Origin: Nageia nagi
Taxonomy: Eukaryota; Plantae; Pinophyta
Direction of reading: 5' to 3'
NCBI GenBank assembly: GCA_050084985.1
Contig: JBITNC010000001.1
Span: 163,928,001 to 163,992,000 of the forward strand
DNA: 64,000 nt
The position numbers and the translations under genes are program-made. Under the pieces are notes generated by a model. That model worked only from the letters and a program-made list of their open reading frames with translations, did not search any database and was not told the origin of the DNA. Positions 11,161-25,029 of the stretch are shown piece by piece (within the stretch, counting starts at the first letter, position 1; every line of letters begins with the position of its first letter).

Positions 11161-12327
11161 CTTTTGTATTATTTCTCACAAGTGAACTCTCCTACAAATT
11201 CTCAAGAATAACCCATAACAAAAAGGAACAACAATATACATACTCATCATAGCCTAGAATACATCATGGAAGAGTGACAAAAACCATATAAAATGGGAAG
11301 GAAAAACTAAGACATCATTTCTAAGTTTTATGATAATTTTGTGGAAGGTAAAGAGCATATTGTGAAGATTCAAATCAACTGAGTTACCATCTATGATTTC
11401 TATTAAAAACTTAAAAAAGGATTATGAAGTGTCTCACATGTCAATAATGGATATATTTGGGGCTGATTTATTCTCACTTATTAACCAACAAGATATGATG
11501 TTTTTAAGTAATTATGATTGTCTTATTTACCCCTACAACAACAATACACCATTTATTATATTTTAAAAGGAAAAGGATAGATTTATGATATACACATACT
11601 TGGGTTTAGGGCATCCAAATACACCATCTTCCAGCATCATATTACCACACCATATGATCATATTGTTTGACACTTTCCAAGACATTAATAGAAGGGAAAA
11701 ACAATAAGGAGGAGTTCACTCAATGATAACTCATACAACAACATGTATGAATCTTGATGTTGTCAAGCAAGGGACAAGATTGTAATTATTCCTTTATGAC
11801 TTTGGCACAAATAAGTACAACTCAGTTTTGATGATTGATAGGGTTAGAGAGACAAAGTTTTTGGACTCAAAAATTAGTCCACTATTGATTTATTTGTATC
11901 TTGTTATGGTTGGGAACAACCCTACCAAGTTCAGTACATTTGGCATAAAGGATATAACAATAATATCAAATGAAGAAGAGGCACTTGGCAAGCATTTGAA
12001 CAACATCATGATATTTGTAACAAGTACCTCATTAGCCATGATTTCTCACACTTTTGGGAGAGAAAGCTTTATGACCATATTTTGTACATGACACCCAATT
12101 AGAAGATAAATAAGCATGCATCACCAACAACCTTTCTTGCCTTTACACTTTAGGATAGCCTTCATCATGATCTCATTTTCTTAACATCATCAAGGGTTGC
12201 TTAGACAAAGTATTGGTACATTTGAAGGATTACTATAGAGTTAATCATCGCTTGGCACACTTGAAGATAAGGTAAGAAGATAAGCATCATTTTAGGATGC
12301 GTTTGGAATTTCTTAAGGGCAAGCAAT

Positions 12328-12850
12328 TGTAATGTCCCTAATTTAGAACATTTAAACATCTCCCCTTATCCTTATTCATTGTGATCTCTAGGTCTTAGCT
12401 TAGGAGTATTTTATTATCATTTTATTCATATTTGTACCTAAAACGTATGAGCCCAAGTAAAGGGCATATTTGGTGTTTATCTAGTAAAGAAAAAGGATCA
12501 TTAATAAATATTCCTTCACCTAATCGATTATGTTTGGGGACTTAAAGTGTATTTAATATTTTATTATTACTCCTTCCTTGGTCAGCCATCCTAGGAAGAT
12601 ATAATTGCATATTTTGAGGACTACAAAGATAAGTCACTTGGTCACTTAAAGACATCATCTTGTGTATTCAATCTTTGATTATTCAAAGGTTAGGGATGCT
12701 TCCCTTATCTACCTTCTAGGGCTTAGGGATGCTTCCCTTATCTACCTTCTAGGGCTTAGGGTTGCTCGACCCTAGCCTAGAAGTGGCTCATATACAATTA
12801 TACACTTCTTTAGATCTTACATTCATCATTTTTCCATTTGGGATCTTACA
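12328..12850 (+). mobile_element. Gypsy-type solo LTR (523 bp)
   Basis: Termini are TGTAATGTCCC...GGGATCTTACA. The TSD is degenerate (GCAAT/CCAAC). An internal ~34-bp tandem duplication lies at ~12690-12760. Confidence 0.65.
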
Positions 12851-13688
12851 CCAACCATTGGGAGCCATTTGGATACTTTCACCTAGCTTAAGAGTTGCCT
12901 TAGAACTTGCATCACCCTTAAGAAGTCTAGTTTGAACATTTTCAAGTCTTGGGATTTTCCCCAAAACTTGTTACAATCTCGTTACAATCCTATACTTATT
13001 CTTAGTCATTATTATTGATAATTGGCTCTTATATTGCTCTCATATTACATCTCGAATGTGAATGAGTATTGCTACATATTTCTGCTATGCTTCTATGTTC
13101 ATTGTGCATGTGAATGTATGTGATTTGAGTATATATTAGAACTATATTTTTGTTACATAACATATTTGATTTATGCTCTAGTTTTGATCATATGCACATC
13201 TTATGAGAGCTTTATATCAATTTTGGTTGTTGATGTTACATCTCAGTTTGAGCGCATGTTTTGGATGATTTATGAGCATGTTCATTGATGCCCTAGTTCG
13301 TGGATTAAAGTGGAATCGAATGTTGATTTGGATTAAACCTAGAAAGGTACATTATATATATATAATGATTTTTTATACAAAACCTAAAACTTATATTTAC
13401 AAAGATATTCCTTCATATATTACATTCATAATCGTAAATGTGTAACTTATTAACTATTGTTTTCTATTCTGTCTTTTTCAAACCAAATAATCTTCAATCT
13501 TATGTTTTATCCTCACTCAAGGTTGTTAAACCTAAAAACACATTCTTGAGTTTTAGACTTCTAAGGTACTATTTGTGTGTTAACATATTCATCTACCAAA
13601 ACTAACCATAATTTGAACTTTCATCTTTTATAGAAAAATTATAGATAAATAAATGAAATCAAAATTTCAAGACCATTATAATTATATA

Positions 13689-13851
13689 CTAGCTTAGATA
13701 TCTTAGATATACATCTAAAATTGTCGAGAGGTATCAATCTCAAGGTGTCTATCTAATTTCTTGAATATTTGATTTCCAAAATAGTAAGATAGGAGCCTGA
13801 GATTGATACCTCTTGACGTTTTGAGATATATATCTAATATATCTAAGTTAG
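13689..13851. repeat. 163-bp fold-back inverted repeat (MITE-like)
   Basis: Arms CTAGCTTAGATAT...GAGGTATCAATCTCA and TGAGATTGATACCTC...ATATCTAAGTTAG. Confidence 0.8.
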
Positions 13852-14576
13852 TTACTTTTATATAAATAAAATACATATAACATAACATATACTAATTACA
13901 ATTAACTTTTATCATTCTAAATATAGAGCTAAACCTCTAGGAGATTATGTAACATGATATATTTGAATTTAAAGAAAAGTTTTTATTACACGATAAATTG
14001 TACAAATGTTTTTGCACATATTAAATTTTCTCATCATTGAATAGACTAAATTATGTTCTCCTAATCATTATAAAGCTAAAAACAATACAAAGCTTATATA
14101 ATATATTTAAAGAGTTTCTTTATAATAAGAATAAGCCTTTCTATAAATTAATATGAATATAAATTTGTAACATAATTAACAATTAGAAATTATCTTCTCA
14201 AAATGTTTGAGTTAAAATATTGGTGCATGATTTTTATATTTATATAGTAATTAATTAGAATATTTTAATATATATTAATTATATTTCCCTTAAATTTGAT
14301 TTTATATTTTTCTTTCAAAACCAAATTATAGATTAATATTATATGTAATTCATAGTTTGAATTGATTAAGTTGATACAATCATGAGTGATTGTATTTATA
14401 TAATAATTATTTAAAAAAATTTAAAGTTGATCAATTATATTTTCATTTACCAACTTTATAATCAATCAATTTATTTTAAATTTTTTTTTTAATGTTTATG
14501 TATAAACCTTTTGACTCTTTTATGCCATTATAAGATACTTCTCGACATCATAATCCATACAAATTGCAACACTTTT

Positions 14577-15076
14577 TGAAGGAATTGAACTATAACATGA
14601 ACAACTCTAAACTCCCACTATCACATGAAAGCTCACAATTCACATCTAACAAACTCACAAAGAAATCTCACAACACAATACAAGATGTAAGTAGTTCCTC
14701 CAACCATGAGTACATCCACTAACTAGATCTTCACTTCAATCACAAATACAACTCTCTTACAATCCTCCTAATCTCAACTCCTATGTTCTATACTATAGCA
14801 TAACTTTACTCCACAATTGGTGTGCAATCACAAAGAGGGAGCCTTCTATTTATAGGCCAAAATCCCCCTTTGGATCACCATTTTATCCAATGTACAAAAG
14901 CACGACATGCACATCCTTTTACCTAAGAGGCATGCTCATGACATGGAGTGTAGGACAAGTTACATTATCATATTCACTTAAATACTTAAGGTATCAAATG
15001 ATACCCTTAAGTATTAGTGAACTTACATAGAAGATTATTACATAACCTTTACAATAATGCATTATACATTCCCACA
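14577..15076 (-). mobile_element. Copia solo LTR (500 bp) related to the 7339-7848 LTR
   Basis: TG...CA termini with a perfect 5-bp TSD CTTTT (14572-14576 / 15077-15081). It shares GGAGTGTAGGA.AAGTTA.ATTAT and AAATACTTAAGGTATC with the other LTRs. Confidence 0.85.
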
Positions 15077-16982
15077 CTTTTCACATATAGATAATCAAGA
15101 ATAATAATGTCTTGGTAGTTGGTTGAGTGGATCATGTGTTGACTTGTGTCCCATGTTTGATTCCCACTATGAGACATACATATTATGTAGTGGCCCACTA
15201 GAGTCATCCCATAGACCATTATCTGCCATGGATGTTAATATACATTCTTTCTTTCTTTATAATTACATTGAAGGCATTTTCTTCCCAAAACACCCCTTCA
15301 TTATAAAATCAATGCGAATGTCCTTACATATTCTGCAAGCGATCTGGATCATTTGTTTATCGCCTACAAATGATGCCCGTATTAATATAGGCCACATAAA
15401 TCATGTGCCTTTTTCTAATTTTTTTCCAAAAAAGCCACTTCATTATGAAATCAATGGCGTATGAAGAGCAAATATCCTTATATATTCTATAGGTGATGTG
15501 GACCATTCGTTTACCACCTAAAAATGATACCCATATTAATGTAAGTCACAAAAACCACATGCCTTTCTATAATTTGGTGTAATTATTTATTTTCCATCAT
15601 CATTAATTTTCTTTTCCCTTATTTGCATCTCGTTGACCTAAGTTAGGCATTTTCTTCCCAAAAAAGTTGCTTCATTACAAGATTGATGACTTATGAACAA
15701 CACACATGCTTATACTGGAACATCTGTGGAACATGCACTTGTCCTGGTGTGCTTTGAGAAACATCTCATGGAAATTTTGTAGAAGTTCATCATGTCGATT
15801 GCATTCAAATTACCACCATGGCAATGTTCTAAAGATTGAAAAATGCAAATGCATTTATCATATCATCAACTTCAATCATATATACAGGGACACTATTAGT
15901 AAACAAAGGAGAGGCAATGTCAAAAGTTATTATCATTTTGGATGAGGTTGTTTTCCATTGATATTTTAGTTACTGTTGTAGAGCATTTTGTGTAGGAGTT
16001 TTTTATCAATATTTCAGTGGTTGGTAGGATTTAAAATATTTTTTTTTAATGTTGTACAAATTATCGAAGATAAAGACATTATCGCGAGACACTAGACAAG
16101 GAAGAGTGACATATACCTGTAAGGTTTTTGCTTTTACTATTCCACAAAATTGCCATTTACTATGTTTGTATTCATCCTACATTATTTGTGTACTCTTCTC
16201 TCCGAAAATTAGATTTGCAAAAAACATGAATGCAAGATTCATAGAGATTTTATTTTAGAAATGAATGAAGTTGGAAGTATTGAATTTATTTGGCAAAACA
16301 AATGCTAAACCTTGTTCTTTATGATTTTTAGTCATTCAAAATTTACGAATGTCATCAGCAAAATGCATATTTCAAAATAATTTAACTATAACATAAGCAC
16401 ATATTGTTGAAAATATGCCTATTAAAAAAATACTTACAAATACAAACTCACTTATATATTGTTACAACTATTTATGACCCTTGCATGTATTTGACATAAA
16501 AAAAAGCACTAAGAAGCAATACTTTGTTTTCAAAATCATACCATGCATGGAAATTTGAAAAAATAAACATCTTTATTCTCTATTTTACAAATGATTGCAA
16601 TGCATAGCAAAAAGCACAAATCCATATCACAAGATTACTAATACTAGATCACCTATTCTTTTTGGAGAAGTGATCCAAAAATTTGCATTTTGTTCTACAT
16701 AAATTCTTTTCTTAAAAATAATTCAAACAATCAAATTTGCTTCTCTATCTATTCATACAATTTTTATTTACAAAAATAAAATAATATATTACCAAATAAG
16801 AACCTTCATTTATTGAATGTCTCAAACCAACAAAATTTCTTTCACACTATTTTCAATTAAATCAATCGATTGTTGATTTGTAAAGTTTTATTAATGATTG
16901 TATTTGTTCCCTAATAATTACTAAACTTTAATTCTTGCAAATACACTTCCTTTTTGCATACTCATTACACAATGTTACAATT

Positions 16983-19900
16983 ATTGAGTGAGCGAGAAAG
17001 TGTTTGAGTTGGCTCTGCTAGGGTTTTGTCTAGTGCATGAGCCAAACCATTAGCCTAGGGTTTCACATCGTATTGAAAATTGTATAAGATTTCTTAAATT
17101 CCTTCGGCTCTGAGGGCCATGGTAGCCAGTTCCCATCGCCTTAATCGATTTTGTTTTTTCTTTTTAATGTATTCCACCCATTCAGTAGCTTCAGGCATCC
17201 AAGGAAGCCCGAAAGATGATCTCGAAAGTCTATAATGAGGTAATCCCTATGTTTTGGATGTTGATATCCCTCTTGATGATTTTAACAATGCATGTGGTTG
17301 GTTAGAAAGTCATGCTTTGATAGGATACTTTATGGGTTGTATTCCTATGAACTTTATTATCCATAGCTAGGTTTAACAATACTGGACTTCATATGGAGTT
17401 GAAGTTGAAGGTATTCAAAACCTCACAAAATGGTTTTTTTCTCTTTTGTTTCCTCCCTGAATACCATGCCAAATTTGTTTTTGACCATGGTCCTTGGTAT
17501 GTCAAGAACTTGATCTTGGTGTTTCAACCTTAGCCACGATATTTCTCTATCGATGAAGGAGCTTCATTGGAAGTACTCATCTGGGTTGAACTCCCCAAAT
17601 TCCCAATTCCTCTCTAACCCTTCATGGAAAGGATTATGGCTCCTTTAGGTACTTTTGTCTGTGTAGAGGAACCCAAGTTTTATGGAGTTCATCCCTATAA
17701 AAGGGTCTATGTCAAAATAGATTTATTCAAAGATCTTAGGGATCATTTGGTCGTTAAAATTGGCAATAGTTCTTACTATCAAAATTTGGTTTATATAAAC
17801 CTTCCAAATACTTGTTATCATTCCTAATCTGCTGAGCACAAAATTAAGGATTGCCTTATCATGGAGGGTAGATTCAAAGCTCATAATTAGGCGATAGTGG
17901 CTTTGGTTACACATGCATTGCACCTTGCTAGATAGTCTCATGCCTCGAACAGTGAAAGAGTTGCTTGGTTTTTTCTCAAAAATAAGCATGGGTTGGTGGA
18001 CCTGAATGCATGTTATAATGCTCAAACTTTCCTAGACTTTCTCTAGTTCACCTAGTCTAATTTTTAGTTAGGTGATTGCAAAGTTCTTAAATGGTTGGAT
18101 AGGGCTATGCTCACCGATCAAGCTGGTTTTTCTTTTCAAATCCTTTCCCCTATAGTACCTTTGGTTATGGCTTCCTTGAGCAATACTATTTTATATCACT
18201 TGCTCATTATTTTTAAGGTTGTTTCCCTTTTTCGATAACCTCGCATATTCCACTCTCAATTCTACTTCAATGTCTCCTTCCTTTATCACCCTACCACCAC
18301 TACCCATATTTGTAAAATTTGGAACCTTATTCCAAGACCAAAGGAGAACATCAATTAGATCAACTGGTGGAATGATGCCATCACTCGGACCACCTTTGTG
18401 TTGAGAACATTGGGTGTTAAACTTGCTTAGTGCCATGGGCGCTCTAGTAGTGCTCTTCAGGAAGAGTTTGAGCATGCCTCATTACACTTGGAAACAAACC
18501 CTATGAATGTTCTCCTACAAAAGCATGCCATTGCAGTTAGATATGAGCTCATGAAGGTAGAAGTTTATGAAGCCAAAGGTGCTCAAATTCAAGCTCAAAT
18601 TCATTAGATTAAAGTAGGGGATCATGTTTCCAAAGACTCTGATTCCTAAGGTTAGTATCCCAATTCAAATTCATACTCAATGAGGACATTCATGTTACTA
18701 AACCTCCTGATATTATTAGGGCTTTTATGAAGCATTACACTCAGGTCTTTACTTCTCAAGAGTTGATAAAGGAGTGCCAGCTCACCCTTGATGAATTTTG
18801 CAGAGTGGTTCCCATCAAACTCTCTCTTGCCCAGAAGGAAGTTTGTGAGTACCCTCTCTCTTTGGAGGATTTAAAAGTGACTCTAACATGTATGGCAAAT
18901 GGGAAAGCCCCAAGGTTACATGGCTTCCCATGTGAGTTCTTTAAAGAACTATAGGATGCTGTTGGCCCTGACCTCCTCTGTGTGTACCATGAAGTCCTTA
19001 CAAGGTCTTTGGGAGCAATTATAAACGAGAAAAATATCAAATTCATTTCGAATACAGGGGACCCTGAACTTATCTCTAGTTGGAGGCCCATTACCCTTCT
19101 CAATGTTATCTATAAAATCATTGCTAAGGCTTTGGCCCTTAAGCTTCAGTCATTATTGCCTCATATTGTCCATCTTGAGCAAACTAGCCTTATCAAAAGA
19201 AAATATATCCTTGATAATATCATTATTGTTTGGGAAGGCATGGAGTGGGCTTGCTTTTCTCAACAAGATACTCTTTTCATTAAAATTGACTTTGAAAAGC
19301 CTACAACAAAATTGAATGGCATTTCATTTTGGCTATGCTCAAATCTTTGGGCTTTAGCCTTACCTTCATGGCTTTAGTTCAAATGCTCTTTAATGATGCT
19401 TCTATCATCCTAACCCTTTATGGGGTTCAAACCACCTCCTTTGGCCTTTTCAAGTCAATAAGGCAAGGTTGTCCTCTTGCTCCCTCACTTTATGTGTTAG
19501 CAGATGAGGCCTTTGGCTATCTTTTAGCTAATAATGCTTCTCATAAGCTTATTCACGAAAATTCTCTTCCTGGGAATGGTGGGCAATTGATTAATGGTCA
19601 TTTTGTTGATGACTCATTTCTTACTCTCAGAGAGGATAAAGACTCTATCAAGCAAGCTTTTAGTTGCCTTGATACATTATGTAAAGCCTTGAGCTTAAGC
19701 ATTTAGTGGAAAAAAGATCTCCTATTATAGATAATCTCAGACATATTTCCTTGAATGATTTTTTGCTTTTCAATGGTAATGGATAAACTCAAGAGAAATG
19801 TTTAAATTTTTGGGTATTTCCTTCACCTTTCAAACCATCCCTGCTCAATTGTGGAGCTATGTTATTCAAAGAGTAGAAAAGAAGTTATCCTACTAGATCA

Positions 19901-22081
19901 CAAAGAAGCTTTCATTAGCTAGTAACTTCCAAATTTGTTCAAAGGTTCTAGCTTCCACACATATTATTATTCTGCATGCTGGGTCCCTTTCCAAAATTGT
20001 TACAAAAAGTTAGAAAAGCTTCTTAGGGATTTCTTATGGACAAACAACAAAGATAAGAAGGGCTTTTATCGTGTTGCTTGGGACTACTATTATCTCCCCA
20101 AGATTGCTGGTGGAATGAAAATTTTTGACTACTACAGGCAGGAGTTGGCACCAAATGCCAAATGGATTACTCGAGCCTTGAAAGGCTCAGAAGCTTGGAA
20201 GGTTTTGTTATGACACTGTATTTCTCAAGGACTTCCCCTTGGCAAAAAAACTTGGAAATGTATGAATTTCCCTTCCTTGATTGTTACCCCTATTCTAATC
20301 AAGGTTTATGGGTCTTTTATTTGCAAGAGCATCTAGAAAGCATGGAAGAGTGTCAAACCATGGCTTCAGTGGAATCCTAATAGCCAATGCCAAGGTGTGG
20401 TGTTGGCTTCGCTTAATGTCTGGTGGTCCCTAGTTATCATGTTGCAAAATCAACCTCTTGCTTCCATTCAATGGATTCAGGTCAAGCAGTTCTTAAAGAA
20501 AGGGATTGGCTTCCTCTTTGATTTCTTTAACCACTCCTACAAAGGGTGGATCCTGTGGAAAAACTTCAAACTCATATTTTCTCTGAAATATGAGGATAAA
20601 GATACTTATGAAGTAGTTCTCAATTGTACGTCTTTCTCGTTATAGCCCAAGCTAGGTCAACACGCATAATGCCCATGGTGGACAAAATGGAAGTGGATCA
20701 CAGGTACACCAATTTTTAGTTACAATGCTAAGATGGGTATAATTGGCTATCTTCTAATCTTCCCATGGCTCCCAAGCTTAATGAGTGTTGGTGTTTATCC
20801 TCCACTCTTTCTAAGTGGAGAGCCTGATTCAAAACTCGATGGATCAGTTATATTGAACCTAAGCAAGCATACTTTAGGTGGAGTATGTTATTCCATGATT
20901 TGCCTATAGGCAACATGATTACTCAAGTGGCGGTCTCCAGGCCTTATGTCCATTCTGTAACTTTAAATAATCTATTTTACATTTGTTTTGGCAATGTGGT
21001 GAAGCTGAAAAGGCTTGGACTTGGATGAATTCCTTTTTCTATCCTTTCTCGAAGTAACCACTTTATTGGTTGCATAATCTTCGATCCTTGGAGATCCTCC
21101 AGATTTCTCATTGCATTTGGAAGCCTTTTGGAATATTTTATGGATTAGAATCATGTTCCATTTGTGGAAAGAGCGAAATGTAGATATTTTGTTAAGGAAA
21201 GTTTCTTTTACTGATTTTTCTCTAGCTGACAAGCTCACCATTTTTTATGACATCTAGTTTTAGATTAATGACCAAGTTAACGAGGTTACTTTGGAGGTTA
21301 GCCATTTGTAGGAGCTCATCAGTCACTAGGGAAATGCTCCTTGCTCCGTGAGACAAGTTCCTCCTTCCTCTTCAGTTCAGGGAGCGCTTGTGATCCAAGC
21401 AACACCATCACCCTCCACCATAGGAATGAGATCAAAGATCTCACCCACCACCTTGAGAAATAAGAAACCCTCCGCCAGCTGCTAGGTGGAACAATCAAGG
21501 ATGAGATTCCCATCCTAGTTCTCCTACATAACATGGATGGGGTGGTAATGTGAGCACCTCTCGTCAAGTTGCAAGTTGGGGTGGTTGGGTTGAAGGAGAT
21601 GGTGGAGGTTGGCAAAATCCAGTAAGATCGGTAATTAATGAACAAGATGACACATTGGATAGATGGGTGTCAACATCATTCCAAGGTGGCCCTGAGTGGC
21701 ATGAATTCCGAAAAACCTTGGAGAAAACGCACTAGTTGTGAATCCCTTCCAATGTATGGAAGCATAATGAGAACCAAGAGAATGTTCAGGCTTTTAATGA
21801 GCTTGCCAGTTCGGTACCTTCCACTACACCACCTGCTAGTACACTGCCTACCAACATGTAACTTGACTTCACTCTATCTCCCATGAATGATATTTAATGT
21901 AATCATGCTAAAAATTTAATGATGTGTAATAAAGTTTCTTATTTTAAAGATGTTTTCTTGGTAATATTTTTGTTGTTGCCATGTGATGGTTGACAAAATT
22001 TCCTTAATTGTTTCCCACCCTTTGAGAGTTTGATAAGCATTTCCACCCTTTTCCTACAATATAATTTTTCTCTCATTAAAA
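16983..22081 (+). mobile_element. Degenerate L1-clade LINE: ORF1 relic ~17250-17860, ORF2 RT relic ~18400-21250
   Basis: ORF1 motifs GPWYV/IWVELPKFP/zinc knuckle CYHS*SAEHKIKDC. RT motifs GKAPRLHGFPCEFFK, WRPITLLNVIYKIIAK, KIDFEK, IRQGCPLAP, HFVDD. 12-bp TSD AATGTTACAATT at 16971-16982 and 22082-22093, with a short A tail. Confidence 0.88.
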
Positions 22082-22268
22082 AATGTTACAATTCCTAGCA
22101 TTTAAATATTCAATAATATTTCATATACTCCGTCAGTACTAATTTTACGAGTGTTCAAGAAACTATATATTCTCCATCACCTGATTTTGAAGGCATCGCT
22201 AGTAACTCTGGTACGAAGTGTTTTTAGAAGGGGAGGAAGGTTTAAGCTGCAGGAGGAGGGTTAAAGCC

Positions 22269-22668
22269 ATGGATTTCCAGAATCGAAAGCAGCAGGCACT
22301 GGCATCTCTCGACAAGTCCCGCAAGGGGAGCGTGGACGCTCCGATTGTTGAGCTCATCAACAAAATCAACACAATTTCGTCATATTTTACTACCAGCTCC
22401 TGTTCTGGTAGAATATCCATTCTTCAGGAGCTCTCCAATGACAATACAAAGAAGAAGAAGAAGAAGGCAGGTGAGTGGATTTTTGTGAGCCACGAACCAG
22501 CTGAGGCAGAGCATGTGGTGGATTTGTTGTTTTCACAGACTTTGGAGATGGAGAAGGGTCTTGTTGTGTTGAGATTTGAGCCATTCATTTTGGCTGTGGA
22601 CTGCTCTGATATAGCTGCAGCGCAGACGCTGGTTGCCTCCGCTATCTCTTGCGGCTTTCGAGAATCTG
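22269..22668 (+). CDS. TYW2/3/4: TYW2/3/4 exon 1 (TYW3 methyltransferase domain, N-terminal part)
   Basis: MDFQNRKQQAL..DKSRKGSVDAPI..YFTTSSCSGRISI..WIFVSH..FEPFILAV..GFRESG, the TYW3 signature motifs. Donor G|GTATGT, phase 1. Confidence 0.93.
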
Positions 22669-24455
22669 GTATGTAATTTCAACAATTTTCGATTACATTA
22701 TGATAATTTTCTTCACACACTGACTATCAATCACAACAGGGAAGAGGAGGACTGCTTTGTTTACTTGTCTATTATAATTTTGAATATACTATACTGATTT
22801 TCTCCATTGTGTAGTTTATTTTTTATTTTTGGATAGGGAAGATTAGAAATGACAAATGTTTTCAAGGAAAAACATGTTAGTAATCACTAAATAGGCTAAA
22901 CGAAGTCTGACTACCAATTATTGATAATTTTGGTAAACATAGGGGAAATTTTAATTACGACACCTACATAGAGAATAATTTACTGGCCTTCGTTTATCAG
23001 GTTTTCGACATTTTATCGCTTCTGACAATAGGTAGCACGTATCTGATCAGAAACCTCAGTATATTAAACATTCATGCAGGTAACCAGAATCTCAAGATAC
23101 CGAGGGATTATTTTTTTCAGATAACCTAGCAAAAATGGTGGGATCAGTTTTGTTTATGATCCTCATAGGTTTTGACAATGGGTTGCATGTATTGGATATG
23201 TCCAATTACTTTCATCAAAGTCTGTAAGTGTCATTTCTGCAATGGATATGTCTAAACAAATCATGAACATGTATAATTCAAACTGAAAAATATCACAACA
23301 TGCATTTTGCTACTCATAGATGTTCAATTCAAATGCACTTCTTGGATATTTCCAAGTCCCACATTTTCTTGATCCTCACTATGCATTAAGCAGGGCAACA
23401 TACAGTGGACAACTCGTTGTGTGCAATAAATTATGAATTGCAAAATATGATAATACAAAATGTTACAAACTATTTGCTCTAATTGTATTATAAAATCAAC
23501 TAGGAAAAGTTAGAAAAAATTTAAAAAGATAAATTAGAATGTATAGATTCAAACTAATAAATTTAGTTTTTGCAAGTTTGCAACATGTTGCTATCATGTA
23601 ATAAATAACAGCTTTTGTAAACCTAGTATAAGGTTTTGACGTAAATTTTAAATTATACCTGTAAAAAAATATTTAAATTTGACAAAAATGTAAATAACCA
23701 GCTTCAAATCTCTTCTCTAGTTTCATTGTTTACTTAAATGTTTTAACACCTTTCATTAGGCCCTATGATTTTCTTCAAACACACCATCAACTGCTGAACT
23801 AGAATGGACTGACTAGTTTTCATTACTGAACTTGCTTCACACACTTTTTTGGATATTCTGTGGCAATTTTCATATTGCACTTCACTTTAATTATCTAGCT
23901 AAAGTGGAGGGTGTAGTTTCATTGCTTGCTTAATTTCCTTCACATGTGTTTTTCAGATATGCTTCACTTCAATTACTTAGCCAAAAAAGGGGAATCAATT
24001 TTATTGTTTACTTAGTTTTTTTCACACACTTTTTTATATGCCATTGTGATTTTCTTCCGATGGTCTGCTTCAATAACCTAGCAAAATGGACTGACTGGTT
24101 TTATTATCCACTTTTTTGGATAAGCTGTGGAAAAGGTTTCATTGTGTACTTTGATTGATTAATACTGTTTACATGAATTACCCGGCCAAATTGGACTGAG
24201 GACTTGCATACCTTGGTTTGCATGCTGTATTGAATTTTTGCTATTTGTTATTTTTGATAAATAAAATCAGGACTGATTTGGTTTAGTTTTCACATTGTTG
24301 AAGTTTTGTGTAAGCTGAATCTGTGATGATTGTGGTGCTTAGACAGAAGTACCAACCAATTTCGAAAATAAATTATGTTAGGATGGATTCATCGGCTTGT
24401 GTTGCTATGCAAGTGGTTTTCAACTTTCATCTTTATTTTTTTATTGTGGACATAG

Positions 24456-24646
24456 GAATCACAAGCATTGGGAAGCGGATCATAGTAGCATTGCGGTGCT
24501 CAATAAGGATGGAAGTACCTGTAGCAGACAAGGGACAGATGTTGGTGTCCAGGGACTATATCAGATTTCTAGTTAGTCTTGCAAACAGCAAAATGGAAGC
24601 AAATAAAAAGAGGATTGACAGGCTTTTCGAAAATTTTCAGGAGCAG
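24456..24646 (+). CDS. TYW2/3/4: TYW2/3/4 exon 2 (TYW3 domain, C-terminal part)
   Basis: Acceptor CATAG|. Encodes (G)ITSIGKRIIVALRCSIRMEVP..LANSKMEANKKRIDRL. Donor CAG|GTATAT, phase 0. Confidence 0.92.
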
Positions 24647-24951
24647 GTATATTGGCACTAAAATTTGAAGTTCAATGAAGAGGATATTTTTGCCTCAATA
24701 CTTGCAGACCGTCGTAGTATAATATGGCAACAGAAAGCGGGGAACATCAAACACACTATTACTTTTTGAAAGGGAAGTGTGGCAACTTTTTATTAAAACT
24801 AGGTTGTATTGTATTTTATGTTGTTATGATCCAATAATCTCCATACTACTTGATGAAGGATAAACCAGTGAATGTAAATTTCAAAACTTTTTCGTGCATG
24901 ATATAACAAAAATGTAAGCTATCTTTTTTAGCTGGAGTATCACCCTGGGAA

Positions 24952-24952
24952 C

Positions 24953-24977
<25 letters not shown>
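24952..24977. repeat. (TA)n microsatellite
   Basis: Direct reading. Confidence 0.9.
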
Positions 24978-24983
<6 letters not shown>

Positions 24984-25029
24984 TGGGAAAAATCAGAGCA
25001 TGACATATATAATGCATCCACCTAGGAGG

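Noticed and set aside
22218-22268. GTG start extension of TYW exon 1 (and the 24323 extension of exon 2)
   Set aside because: TYW3 similarity starts at ATG 22269, which has a good context (GCCATGG). 24323-24455 precedes a clear acceptor and is intronic.
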